A stretch of 63,723 bases of DNA. Origin: an uncultured virus (IMG/VR IMGVR_UViG_3300031890_000412). Lineage: Duplodnaviria > Heunggongvirae > Uroviricota > Caudoviricetes. A program made the position numbers and the translations under genes. Of this stretch, positions 45,502 to 54,627 are shown piece after piece. Below the pieces are notes generated by a model that worked only from the letters and a program-made list of their open reading frames with translations, was not told where the DNA came from and ran no database searches. The stretch covers positions 62,001 to 125,723 of the IMG/VR virus record IMGVR_UViG_3300031890_000412, one strand, 5' to 3'. How positions within the stretch are numbered: the first letter of the stretch is position 1; every line of letters starts with the position of its first letter.

Positions 45502-47954
45502 GACGCGTGCCGCCGTTCGAGCTTGCGCTCGTCGATCCCCCAGTCGGGATCAGACCAGTCGTCGACCTCGCGTTCGGGACCCTGCCCCCACGGCAACTCG
45601 GAGTACGCGTCGGGGTCGTAGGCCTGGATCGGACCGACGTGCGGGACGGCGCCCCTCTTCTGGTTCGCCTTCAAGTCCTCGTGGTAGAGGTCGTGGTACT
45701 CGCGCGGGATTGTGCCGTTGTCGCTGATCTTCTTCTTGACTGTGGCTCCGTTGGCCACCCAGCCCGCCTGCGCGGTCTCATTCCAGGGGTAGGGCCCGTC
45801 ATGGGGCTCAACCAGATAGATGTTGGGCTTCCTGTCGTTTTGGGCCCAGCCCTCTGCGAAGCTGGGGTGGTTCTCCAACCAGACCCAGTCGCGCCGCCCT
45901 TCATAGGGCTTGCCGAACGAGGCCGGGGTGTCGTAGAAGCCGTGCTGTCGGCTGTCCGGTGAGTCGTAGGAGCTGGCGCCGCCGCGCGGCAGGATGTGGG
46001 CACCCTCGGGGATGTCGTGGTGACTGGCATGAAACCAGACGTTGGGAGCGTAGGGCTTACGCGGCTCTTCACCGGCTGGCAGCTTGTCGAAGAACGGCGG
46101 CTCGGGGTAGTCGTGGGCTTCCTCCGGCAATGGCATGGCTAATCGCCTGGAAGGCTGCGACAGCACCTCATGCCAGGGACCGTCGTGGTCCTCGTCAACC
46201 TCCTGATCGGGATCAGCTGGGCCGTTCCAATAGTCATTATCGTAGGGACGGATGCGCACACCGCTGACGTTCAGATCGGTGCCGGGCAACAACGTGTGCT
46301 CTTTCTCCCAAGGGAATGAGCGGATTCGCTCGCCGGTGTCGCGGTCGAACTCGCCGGTGGCGGCGCGGTTAGGATCCTCGCCCCGGCCGTCCCAGTCTGC
46401 CGAGATGACCGCCTGTAGGTTGCCGCCCTGGCCAGTATCCTCGCGAGGCCATCGAGCGAACCGTTCAGCCTGGGTGGGATCGGCGGTCCAATGCCAACCC
46501 ATGCCTTTCTCCGGACCATAGGCGTGCCCGTTCATCTCGCTCACGGTATGCGGGCCAGCCAGTGCGTCGAGTAGGTGACCACCCAGCTCGGGGTGATCCC
46601 AATCGCCACCAGACAAGATCTGATGGACCTTTTCCATGCCGGGGTGGGTGGTGTCCAAATTGACGCCACGGTAGAGCTTAGTGGTCATGCCGGGAATGGT
46701 CAGTTGCTCAGCCACCCGCCCCTTGTCGTACCCGGCCGCCAGAATCCGGTCGGCCGCCGCCTGGCTGTGCGCCTTATGCTCATCGGTCAGCGGCGACTGG
46801 CCCACCAGCTGATCGCCCCACTCGTAGTCGTAGTCATCGGGTTCCATGTCCAGGTGCCGGGCCACCAGCCCGGCGGTGTGCTCGGCCTGGCCTTCCAGGA
46901 TCTCCTCGGCCTCGCGCAGGTGATCGGGTGTCTCGGCATGGCCTAAAGCAACGTGGCCCATCTCGTGCAGCGCCTGCCCGGCCGGGTGATGCGCGAATGG
47001 GGAGATGGCGATGCGGTGGCGCTTGTCGCGATAGTTGGCGTAGGCGTCAAGCCGAAAACCTTTGGGCGCCTTGGCTTCCTTGGGGTCAAACGGGATCTCG
47101 TCGATGCCCAGGCTGTTCAGCGCGCGTTGCAGATCCCAACCACTGTGGTGGGTGTACTGAGTCTTAGGGGTCCAGCCCCGGTTGGGACGCCCCTGCCAGC
47201 TCTTGGTGGTGTCCAGGTTGCCGCCCCGGTGCAACTGGATGGATCCGAAGCGGTATGCCATGCTCGCTCGATGCTTTGCAAGTTCTTCGCGATAGGCACG
47301 CTCCGACTCCGGCGTCATCCCGGGGAGCGATTCGCCTGCAGCTTCAGCGGCCCGAATTTTGCTTGAACTCATGCCCTCTTCGGGATCGCGCGGCAGGGTG
47401 AGGTAGTTGTAGCCCTCGTGATTGGAACCAACCTCACCGGAATATAGCGACGGATGCTGCTCGGGAGCACCGGGCACGGTGGCGTCTTCGCCGGTGACGT
47501 TGATGATGGTGTGATTCGGATATTGCCGCTGCGCCCAGTTCGCGAGATCGGTGCGCCGTGGCTTCCCTGTGGCAAGCTCGACTTCCTCGGACGGCCCGGT
47601 GTGAACCTCCACAGGTGCGCCGTTCATCTCCTCTGGGAATGCAACCCTGCTCATGTTGGCACGAGCCTGCAGGCCCAGTCGTTGCCGTGGATCCAGCTGT
47701 TTCTCCGCTAACAGTTTATCTGCGGTGGGTGCAACGATGGAGCCGCCCACTTTGTATCCGGCCTGGGTGAGCACATTATGCGCGTCCTGCAATGTGCTCA
47801 CGTGTCCCTCATGTGGTGGGTTGAATGCGCCGCCATACACAAGTGCGACGGGTTTGTCTTTCGGGGGAGCACTGTCGGTTACGTTTAACGAGATTCCCGG
47901 CATCTGGATGGGCATGGCCAGGGCGAACGTCTCGGCCTGCCGCAGAACGCGCAT
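45498..47954 (-). CDS. Polyvalent protein: NadD-like nucleotidyltransferase, HEXXH metallopeptidase, ART-like domain and Arr-like ADP-ribosyltransferase
   Basis: YGGAFNPPHEGH and MSSSKIR; ALHEMGH..E..AE; LYRG..GWHWT....A..FA..EKE; WFHAS.....G..I.P..WA..IY.VEP. Confidence 0.78.
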   Translation of the reverse strand: MRVLRQAETFALAMPIQMPGISLNVTDSAPPKDKPVALVYGGAFNPPHEGHVSTLQDAHNVLTQAGYKVGGSIVAPTADKLLAEKQLDPRQRLGLQARANMSRVAFPEEMNGAPVEVHTGPSEEVELATGKPRRTDLANWAQRQYPNHTIINVTGEDATVPGAPEQHPSLYSGEVGSNHEGYNYLTLPRDPEEGMSSSKIRAAEAAGESLPGMTPESERAYREELAKHRASMAYRFGSIQLHRGGNLDTTKSWQGRPNRGWTPKTQYTHHSGWDLQRALNSLGIDEIPFDPKEAKAPKGFRLDAYANYRDKRHRIAISPFAHHPAGQALHEMGHVALGHAETPDHLREAEEILEGQAEHTAGLVARHLDMEPDDYDYEWGDQLVGQSPLTDEHKAHSQAAADRILAAGYDKGRVAEQLTIPGMTTKLYRGVNLDTTHPGMEKVHQILSGGDWDHPELGGHLLDALAGPHTVSEMNGHAYGPEKGMGWHWTADPTQAERFARWPREDTGQGGNLQAVISADWDGRGEDPNRAATGEFDRDTGERIRSFPWEKEHTLLPGTDLNVSGVRIRPYDNDYWNGPADPDQEVDEDHDGPWHEVLSQPSRRLAMPLPEEAHDYPEPPFFDKLPAGEEPRKPYAPNVWFHASHHDIPEGAHILPRGGASSYDSPDSRQHGFYDTPASFGKPYEGRRDWVWLENHPSFAEGWAQNDRKPNIYLVEPHDGPYPWNETAQAGWVANGATVKKKISDNGTIPREYHDLYHEDLKANQKRGAVPHVGPIQAYDPDAYSELPWGQGPEREVDDWSDPDWGIDERKLERRHAS

Positions 47955-48943
47955 CAGGGGATCCTGGTGGCCGGGAAACTGATCGCCGCTGCCGCCGGGT
48001 AGAACTTGAACGCGCGGGTCATCGCGTTGTAGGGGCTGAACAGGAACAGACTGCGCGCGCCGGAAGACCCGAAGAAGCCACCGCCGAGCAGCAGTGCACC
48101 CCGGCCCAGCTGCAACAGCTCGCGTTTGGCCATTTTGACCATCGTCTGGTACTCACTCCACTCGGAGTTGAACAGGTTCTCCCAGCGCTGGGCGTAGTCG
48201 CGCCGGTCGGTGTAGGTGACATTCATCCCGGGGAAAGCGGGGATCTCGATGTAGGTCCGCCAAGCGTGACGCACCACTTCCAGGTAGGTGCCGAGCATCA
48301 GCAGCCCGTTGAACTGCCCGCCGGTGGCACCCGGCCCGCTGAAGGTGTAGGTGGTGACCGGGAAGCCGGTGTAGTTGAACCGGGTGGTGGCCACCGCCGC
48401 CAGCTCGGAGATGCGCTCGTAGTCGAAATGGGTCTGGAACTCATCGATCAGGTGCAGGCCGCCTTCGGTGGAGTCAAACAGGTCCCCGAACATCCAGCTC
48501 ACCTGCTGAACCATTAGCTTGTCCTCGGGGGATAGCGCTTCGTATTGCGGCATCTGGTCGAGGATCTGCAGGAAATCGTTGTAGGTGAACGAGCTGCCGT
48601 TCACCTGGTAGGTCCACTGCGCGGTGAGCACGCCCCGGTTGCCGGTGTAGGCCGGTCCGATCGGGTAGTCATACATGCCGGTGTCGGCGCGGTTGATCTG
48701 GGTGGGGTCGGCGGTGATCACCAGCTCCCCGCGCGGGTCGGTAGCGGTGGCAGTGGGATCAGTGACGTCGTCGAACCACACCTGCAGCTGCAGTGTGCCG
48801 GGGTCAGGGTCCACCGCGTTCTGGCCGTCGTAGATGGTGATCGCGACGTAGCCATAGCCGTTGAGGGCAACGAATTTACGCACCAGCGACTGGTCAGTGA
48901 TCTTCGGAGAGAAAATACCGATTCCACTCGGAAAAGCGACCAC
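47954..48943 (-). CDS. Head-to-tail adaptor
   Basis: N-terminal Ig-like part (TGMY.Y) followed by FGDLFDS..GG..L and DRRDY..RW. Confidence 0.7.
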   Translation of the reverse strand: MVAFPSGIGIFSPKITDQSLVRKFVALNGYGYVAITIYDGQNAVDPDPGTLQLQVWFDDVTDPTATATDPRGELVITADPTQINRADTGMYDYPIGPAYTGNRGVLTAQWTYQVNGSSFTYNDFLQILDQMPQYEALSPEDKLMVQQVSWMFGDLFDSTEGGLHLIDEFQTHFDYERISELAAVATTRFNYTGFPVTTYTFSGPGATGGQFNGLLMLGTYLEVVRHAWRTYIEIPAFPGMNVTYTDRRDYAQRWENLFNSEWSEYQTMVKMAKRELLQLGRGALLLGGGFFGSSGARSLFLFSPYNAMTRAFKFYPAAAAISFPATRIP

Positions 48944-48953
48944 GGCCTCTCCC

Positions 48954-49907
48954 TTATATCCCGAGGAAGGTCAGGCCCATGCGGCTGGTCAGACTGTTGG
49001 CTTGATCGACGAACGTGTTGACCACCCCCAGGCCCTGACTGGCGACATAGGACACCGCTCCGGTGACCACGTCACCGGAGTTAAGCCGGATCGGCCCTTG
49101 AGCCGCGACGGTCTGGGAGAAGCCAGGAATATAGTTCTCCCCGCGCTGGAAGACGTTGGACTGGATGGAGGACAGCGAGTTGTTGACGAACAACGCCACC
49201 GAGGCGACGTTGGGCGCGATCGCCGGGTCGAACTGGACGGCCAGGTTGGTGGCGTACAGACCTGCATCCGCGACGATGATCTGCGCGGCGTCAACCGCGC
49301 TGTTGAAGAGGTTGCCGACGTCGTCGACTATGTCGTCCCACAGCAGCTCGATCCAACCAGGAGTATGCAAAGCCTGCGGTCTGGCCTGCTGCAGCTGGAC
49401 GGTGGGCACCTGCAGGAAAGGGATCAGCTGCCACGCGTACCCACTGCCGGTGTCGGCCCAGATCCGCAGAAAGTTGGTGTCAGTCTCAAAGATCATCAGC
49501 CCGGGGAACGGGCTGGGCGGACGGTCAAGCGAGTCACAGATAAGGTAGGGCCGGTTGAGGATGTCAGGTCGAGACGCGGCGTAGTCGAGCTGCAGATTCC
49601 CCGGGGCGGCCTGGTTTGCACCCCTACCGAGCGTGTGATGAATCGAAGTGAGCGCAGTGTCGGTGTCGGGGACGGCATGCGTCGAAGACTGCGGCAGGAT
49701 ATGCGTGCCATCGGCGCCACCGGCGTGGTTGTGTGTCTTAAGGGCGGTCAGCCCTTCCAGACCCATGATCGCCGCACCCTGATCACCGATCGACTGTGTC
49801 AGATCGCGAGTGCCATCCCCGGCCGACGAGAGCGGAGTGTTCTCGGGATCGGAGGGAATGGTGAAGACGTCGTTGGTGGCGGGATAGCCCGTCGATCCCG
49901 ATGCCAC
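48954..49907 (-). CDS. Collar/neck fibre with a C1q-like C-terminal domain
   Basis: Start GTG 49907 after GGAGG. HHTLG.GANQAAPGN, G.MIFETDT and AGLY..L.SGD.V motifs. Confidence 0.7.
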   Translation of the reverse strand: MASGSTGYPATNDVFTIPSDPENTPLSSAGDGTRDLTQSIGDQGAAIMGLEGLTALKTHNHAGGADGTHILPQSSTHAVPDTDTALTSIHHTLGRGANQAAPGNLQLDYAASRPDILNRPYLICDSLDRPPSPFPGLMIFETDTNFLRIWADTGSGYAWQLIPFLQVPTVQLQQARPQALHTPGWIELLWDDIVDDVGNLFNSAVDAAQIIVADAGLYATNLAVQFDPAIAPNVASVALFVNNSLSSIQSNVFQRGENYIPGFSQTVAAQGPIRLNSGDVVTGAVSYVASQGLGVVNTFVDQANSLTSRMGLTFLGI

Positions 49908-49917
49908 TGGGTCCCTC

Positions 49918-50088
49918 CTACTGGATAGGCGGCTGGACGCCCGTTCCGGCGTTCGGTGAGTTGACCATGCCAATCGAGTCGGCGAAGTCCTTCAACGGGT
50001 CAGCGTTGATGTAAGGCTGCCGCAGAATGTTGTTCAGCTGCTGCGAAGGGAAAGGGGCTGGTGCGGTGGTGATAATGGTGACGGCCAT
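49918..50088 (-). CDS. Small virion-cluster protein, 56 aa
   Basis: Manual ORF MAVTIITTAPAPFPSQQLNNILRQPY... after GAGGT. Confidence 0.65.
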   Translation of the reverse strand: MAVTIITTAPAPFPSQQLNNILRQPYINADPLKDFADSIGMVNSPNAGTGVQPPIQ

Positions 50089-50184
50089 TTTTTCTTACCT
50101 CTTCCGGTTTAGACTGCTCACATCCCGGCGTGTCGGCTCATGGTGTCGGCCTTGATGCGCCGGGATCTCCTTTCGCTCTTGGGT

Positions 50185-50511
50185 TTACGGGAAACTGGTG
50201 TTGGCCACGCCCACGACACCGGCGGCGTCATAGAAGGTCTTCATGGGATCGATGTTGGCCGTCAGGCCCGCCGTGGCCGCGTTGAAGCCCTGACCACCAG
50301 CGGTAGTCACCAGCTTCTTGGTGCCGAGATTCTTCTCCGCGTTGCGCCCAGACGTCTGGCTGGCGGTGGCCGTGGAAGCCGGATTGGCCAGCGTGTCCAG
50401 GACACTGGTGGGTCCGGTGGCACTGCCCTGGCCCGGCCCGATCGCGCCGATATTGTAGTTGCCGGTCCGGTATTGCCCGGTGAAGATGACTCCCGGCTGG
50501 GGTGCGGTCAT
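50185..50511 (-). CDS. Small virion protein
   Basis: 108 aa, RBS AGGAG; paralogue of 44668..44880. Confidence 0.75.
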   Translation of the reverse strand: MTAPQPGVIFTGQYRTGNYNIGAIGPGQGSATGPTSVLDTLANPASTATASQTSGRNAEKNLGTKKLVTTAGGQGFNAATAGLTANIDPMKTFYDAAGVVGVANTSFP

Positions 50512-50520
50512 AGTGTTCTC

Positions 50521-51333
50521 CTATTGGTAGTACTGCTGCATGGCCTGTGGGGTGATCGGGGCGCCTTGCTGGTAGGGCCGCTGCTGAGGCACCCCGGGCT
50601 GGGTTTCGCCGACCACCATGGACCCGAACTGCCAGCCCTGCTCGCCGGTCTGCGGGTTGGTGACCAGCGAACCCACCCACAAGTGTTCCTCATGCTGATG
50701 AGCCTCGCACAGCGGCGGGCGGCCGCCCTTGTAGTCGGCGTAGGTCATCATCGACTGACCGCCCTCGATGCCCAATGTGGGCATGCCGCGCTCGTCGCGG
50801 CCCCAGCGACCACAGCGCAGGCAGGGCCGGGTAACGATGTCCTTCTCGTTGTTGGACGGCTGCAGCGGGGCTCTCAGCGCCGCCAGCGTTTCATCGGCGT
50901 AGCTGGCGTGCTGGGCCATCATCAGCTCGATCTCATCCTGCATCTCGTTGTCGGTGCTGATGGTGATCGTCCCGCGCATCCAGGCCCGCTGAATGCCTCG
51001 GATCTCCAAGGCCAGCTTGGGCAGCATGCACATCGCGTCGGGCCTTCCGGCCGGGCCCAAGTCGAAGTCGACGCGCTTCTCCCCCAGCGCCTGGTGACAG
51101 CTGAACTGGCGGTGCGGGTCGTTGTGCTTGACATACAGCTCGCCGTCATATTTGCGCAGTTCGCGAAGGCTCATCATGGTCCGCTTGGGTGGCGCCGGTG
51201 CGACAGCTGGTTCGACCGGGGCGGCGCTGCGCGATCGCATCTCGTCGATGAAGGCCTGCTGCTCGGCCAGCTTGGCTTCCAGTAGGGCGATGCGCTCGTC
51301 GGCGGCACTCTGCGCGCTATCGGTCGTGGTCAT
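50521..51333 (-). CDS. Conserved head-module protein with a C-terminal Zn ribbon
   Basis: CLRCG...PPLCEAH. RBS GAGGAGG. Confidence 0.75.
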   Translation of the reverse strand: MTTTDSAQSAADERIALLEAKLAEQQAFIDEMRSRSAAPVEPAVAPAPPKRTMMSLRELRKYDGELYVKHNDPHRQFSCHQALGEKRVDFDLGPAGRPDAMCMLPKLALEIRGIQRAWMRGTITISTDNEMQDEIELMMAQHASYADETLAALRAPLQPSNNEKDIVTRPCLRCGRWGRDERGMPTLGIEGGQSMMTYADYKGGRPPLCEAHQHEEHLWVGSLVTNPQTGEQGWQFGSMVVGETQPGVPQQRPYQQGAPITPQAMQQYYQ

Positions 51334-51424
51334 GATGATCCTCCTCAGGGTGGGAGGTCCCGCCAGAGTCCTCTGCTCGCTAAGCGGGTCCCTCTACCCT
51401 CTAAGGCCTGAGGAGCAGACAACT

Positions 51425-51461
51425 ACAGCCCGCCCCCCGAATAGCAGGGGAACGGGCTGTA
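51425..51461 (-). terminator. Hairpin
   Basis: TACAGCCCG...CGGGCTGTA stem with an inner CCCC/GGGG. Confidence 0.45.
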
Positions 51462-51492
51462 GGACGCGCCGCAAGTGGCCGGGTGCAGCGCG

Positions 51493-51684
51493 TTAAGTGG
51501 GGTCGACGAGAGGCAGACGGCTGGCCGTGTACTCGTCGATGTCGACCACGACAGGATTGGCCAGTTCCAGATCGGTCAAGGTATTGACGAACTCTTGCAT
51601 GTCACAGGTGCATTCGGACTGCACGCGAATCTTCTGCATACGTCCCGTGTCGGGATCAATCAGGGTCACTACGTAGTTCTTCAT
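51493..51684 (-). CDS. Hypothetical protein
   Basis: MKNYVVTLIDPDTG... 63-aa ORF. Confidence 0.6.
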   Translation of the reverse strand: MKNYVVTLIDPDTGRMQKIRVQSECTCDMQEFVNTLTDLELANPVVVDIDEYTASRLPLVDPT

Positions 51685-51760
51685 TGGGCCCTTTTCCACT
51701 AGAGGTGCTCTAGCTTTCCTCTAAAGGTTAGCCCATATTAGGCACGGCAAACGTAAACGT

Positions 51761-51805
51761 GGAAAGAACCGGGCCAGAAACTCGCTCTGTGGCCCGGTTT
51801 TTTCC
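51761..51805. terminator. Bidirectional intrinsic terminator
   Basis: GGAAAGAACCGGGCCA...TGGCCCGGTTTTTTCC. Confidence 0.75.
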
Positions 51806-51818
51806 AGGTAAATCGTCG

Positions 51819-52838
51819 TTACGAACTTTGTATCGGAGTCACTGTCGCGTCGGGTGGAAGCGCCCCAGCCGTGGTGGCCACCGCACCGTCTGGCACAACT
51901 ACCGGAACCGCGCCAGCTGGGACTTCCACCACCGGCGTAGTCGGCGGCAGAGTCCCCGCCGGTACGGGAGGTTGGCTGGGATCTACCGGAACCGGCGTGT
52001 TGTCCGCAGGTGTCGGGGGCGCGGGCGGTGGCTGGTCCGGAGGAGTAACAGCTGGCGCGTTGGAGGTGAACTGGTCAGCCGTGCTCGTCGCTGACGTGGA
52101 ACCGTCAGGGTTGACCACTACCACGTCGTAAGTGCCGTCGGCCAGCGCCGGGGTGACGGCGATGAGGTTGGCGTCATCCTGCAGCGTGTAAGAGGCAGCC
52201 GGGGTCGAGTTTCCCGAGCTGTCCACAAAATTCACGCCGGTGATGTTGGCGAAGCCCGAGCCCGTTACCGTCACGGTGTCGCCACCGGCGTCGGTCCCGT
52301 TGTTAGGGGACACGCTGGCCACTGTCGCGCTCGGGGCAGCGGGCGCCGGAGGGGTGGGCGGCGTGTCAGGCGGCGGGGGAGTGTCCGGAGGGGCCGGAGG
52401 AGCCGGGGGGACCGGGGCCGGGGGCGGAGTGACCGGATTAAACGCGGCGATTTGGTTGGCCAGGTCGGTCACCACCTGTTGCAGCTGAGTCACAGCGTCC
52501 TGAGCAGCCTGCAACTGTGCGGTCACATCGGCCACCTGCGCATCGTCGACTTGCTTTGCGGCCTCGGCCGCCGCCTGAGCGGCCTGGGCGTTAGCCACTG
52601 CGGTCTGGGCGTCGGCCAACTGGGACTGCAAGCTGGCAATGGTCGACTGGTCGCTTTGCTGGCCAGCCGCCAGGTTTTGTACGTCGGTCTGCAGGGTGGT
52701 AAGCAATGTCTGCAGGTCGTCAACTAATGCCATGAGTCCTCCTAGCTTGGTGTCTATCGAATCAAGTCTTTCGGAGAGGCTGGTTCGCTCTTCAAACCAA
52801 TCGATGATTGGCTGAAGAAGATCCTGTATCTCGCCCAT
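51819..52838 (-). CDS. Coiled-coil plus IPT/TIG (Ig-like) protein
   Basis: Heptad region, Pro linker, then SVSP..G...GG.TVTVTGSGF...DVVVVNPDG. Two RBS-bearing starts (52838, 52733). Confidence 0.8.
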   Translation of the reverse strand: MGEIQDLLQPIIDWFEERTSLSERLDSIDTKLGGLMALVDDLQTLLTTLQTDVQNLAAGQQSDQSTIASLQSQLADAQTAVANAQAAQAAAEAAKQVDDAQVADVTAQLQAAQDAVTQLQQVVTDLANQIAAFNPVTPPPAPVPPAPPAPPDTPPPPDTPPTPPAPAAPSATVASVSPNNGTDAGGDTVTVTGSGFANITGVNFVDSSGNSTPAASYTLQDDANLIAVTPALADGTYDVVVVNPDGSTSATSTADQFTSNAPAVTPPDQPPPAPPTPADNTPVPVDPSQPPVPAGTLPPTTPVVEVPAGAVPVVVPDGAVATTAGALPPDATVTPIQSS

Positions 52839-52938
52839 GGCTCCTCCAAAAGTCCTCTCGCCCTTTTCCCCGCGAACCGACCTTTTCAACAGGGTATGCA
52901 GGCTGAACGTCTGTCAAACAAAGCCAGCGTAAACGCTA

Positions 52939-54627
52939 CTACCGAGTCGCATGGCGCAACAGATGATCGGCTCGGGCCAACGCAGCCATCGCCAACAGCT
53001 TGGCCATCGGGCGCATCCAGTTGGGCCGGTTGCCGATGTCGGGCAGCTCCCGACGCGGGTCGTACTCCTCCCCGATCTCCGGCGTGTAATTGGGGTTAGG
53101 CCAAGCCAATTCACCTTTGGGCGCCTTCTTCGGACCCGGGTATGTCTTGCCGGGATTCTTGGCCTCCCACTTGGCCGCGTTGGCGTCGTACTTCTGCCGG
53201 TCCAGATCCTCCTTGAACTTCAACCAGACGGTGGCCTGCACCTGCTTGGGGGTGAGGTGTTCGTGCGGCGCCCGGTCGGCGTTCAGCCGCCGAGTGGCCT
53301 CCTGCACGGCATGCCGATAGAGGTTGTAGCCGACCGGAATCTGCTGCCGGGTCACCGGATCGATCTCCGAACCGCCCAGCTCGGGTGGCGCCAGATAGCG
53401 TGTCTCCAACGTGCCACCGTGCGGCTGGGCCATGGCGCGGACCATGTGGGTGTCGATCACCGCATCCTGGTCGTCGAGGTTGGTGTAGTAGCCCTGGTCG
53501 TTGATCGGGGTGGCGTTGACGATGTTGTTGTAGAAGCTGTTGATCTTGGGCCCGCTCAGATGCTGCTGCCACTGATCGCGCGGCGCGTTGAAGATGGCCT
53601 TGGAGCGTTCCACGTTGCCGCCGATGGTCGGCAGCCCGGCGGATCCAATCGGCGTCTGCGGATTGAACTCGCCTGGCAAGCCGGTGGACTTGACTTTCTT
53701 CTTGCGGGCCTGTGCCACCGCGCGCGTCATCCGCGCCAGCTGGGTGTCGACGCCGGTGTGCGCCAGCCCGTTGAGCCACTCCTCGCGGATGTTCGGGTCG
53801 GCCATCTCCGGCATCACCTGGCCGTGGGCATCGGCGTAGCGCTCCATCTCCTCGGCGGTCTTGGGTTCGTGGCCGTTCTCGGCCATCCACTGCTGGTGCA
53901 CCTTGGGGTGGATGTAGCTCTGCTGCCAGTCGTATTTGTTCTCGGGCCGGTAGTTGAGCAGAAAGTGCATCCCGTTCTGCAGGTTGTTGCCCCACTCCTC
54001 ATGCGGGGACAGCCCGGCCATGATGCCAGCCGCTCGGGGGAAGTCGTGGATGGTCTTGTTGGACAGGTCTTTGGTGGCCTCGTGTGCGCCCCGATACCAC
54101 CATCGGCCCTCGGTCTGCTGATCCGGCGTGGCATTGCGGTAGTGGTCCATCGTGTTGCCGATGAGGTGTTCCAAGTCGATCTTCTCGCGCACCTTGGTGC
54201 CCCGCGCCAGCACCACCAGGGCCTGGGCTATCGCCGAAACGAACAGTCTGCGGTCGGACCGGAAATGCCCCCACTCGGGCTCACCGACGTCCTCGCCGGT
54301 GTCGGGGTGATAGAACCGGCCCTCGCCGGGGCTGTACTTGACCTGGCGCCAGATCCGCTCGGCCTGGTCCTCGGGGCCGGTGTCTTGGGGAACACCCGAC
54401 GCCCACCCGGGACCCTTCAGCTTGGTGACCCACCGGGGATTCTGGACGAACATCTCCCCGACGTCATCACTGAGGCCCTCGTCCCCCATGGTCATCCAGG
54501 GCCCGGGGTTGCGGCCGGGGAAGATGTTCACCGGCTTGGTCTCGACGGCGGTGCCCGCTGCCAGCACCTGGACGGCGTGGGCCATTGCAATAATCACCGC
54601 ATGCCGGTCAACGGGAGAGCTGTCCAT
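52939..54627 (-). CDS. DUF7178-like (HhH-glycosylase-like) domain protein; start 54627 or 54585
   Basis: G..WY, AG..A.LSP...W..N, GPK..SFY.NI, VID.H and QVQA.VW motifs. Confidence 0.65.
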   Translation of the reverse strand: MDSSPVDRHAVIIAMAHAVQVLAAGTAVETKPVNIFPGRNPGPWMTMGDEGLSDDVGEMFVQNPRWVTKLKGPGWASGVPQDTGPEDQAERIWRQVKYSPGEGRFYHPDTGEDVGEPEWGHFRSDRRLFVSAIAQALVVLARGTKVREKIDLEHLIGNTMDHYRNATPDQQTEGRWWYRGAHEATKDLSNKTIHDFPRAAGIMAGLSPHEEWGNNLQNGMHFLLNYRPENKYDWQQSYIHPKVHQQWMAENGHEPKTAEEMERYADAHGQVMPEMADPNIREEWLNGLAHTGVDTQLARMTRAVAQARKKKVKSTGLPGEFNPQTPIGSAGLPTIGGNVERSKAIFNAPRDQWQQHLSGPKINSFYNNIVNATPINDQGYYTNLDDQDAVIDTHMVRAMAQPHGGTLETRYLAPPELGGSEIDPVTRQQIPVGYNLYRHAVQEATRRLNADRAPHEHLTPKQVQATVWLKFKEDLDRQKYDANAAKWEAKNPGKTYPGPKKAPKGELAWPNPNYTPEIGEEYDPRRELPDIGNRPNWMRPMAKLLAMAALARADHLLRHATR

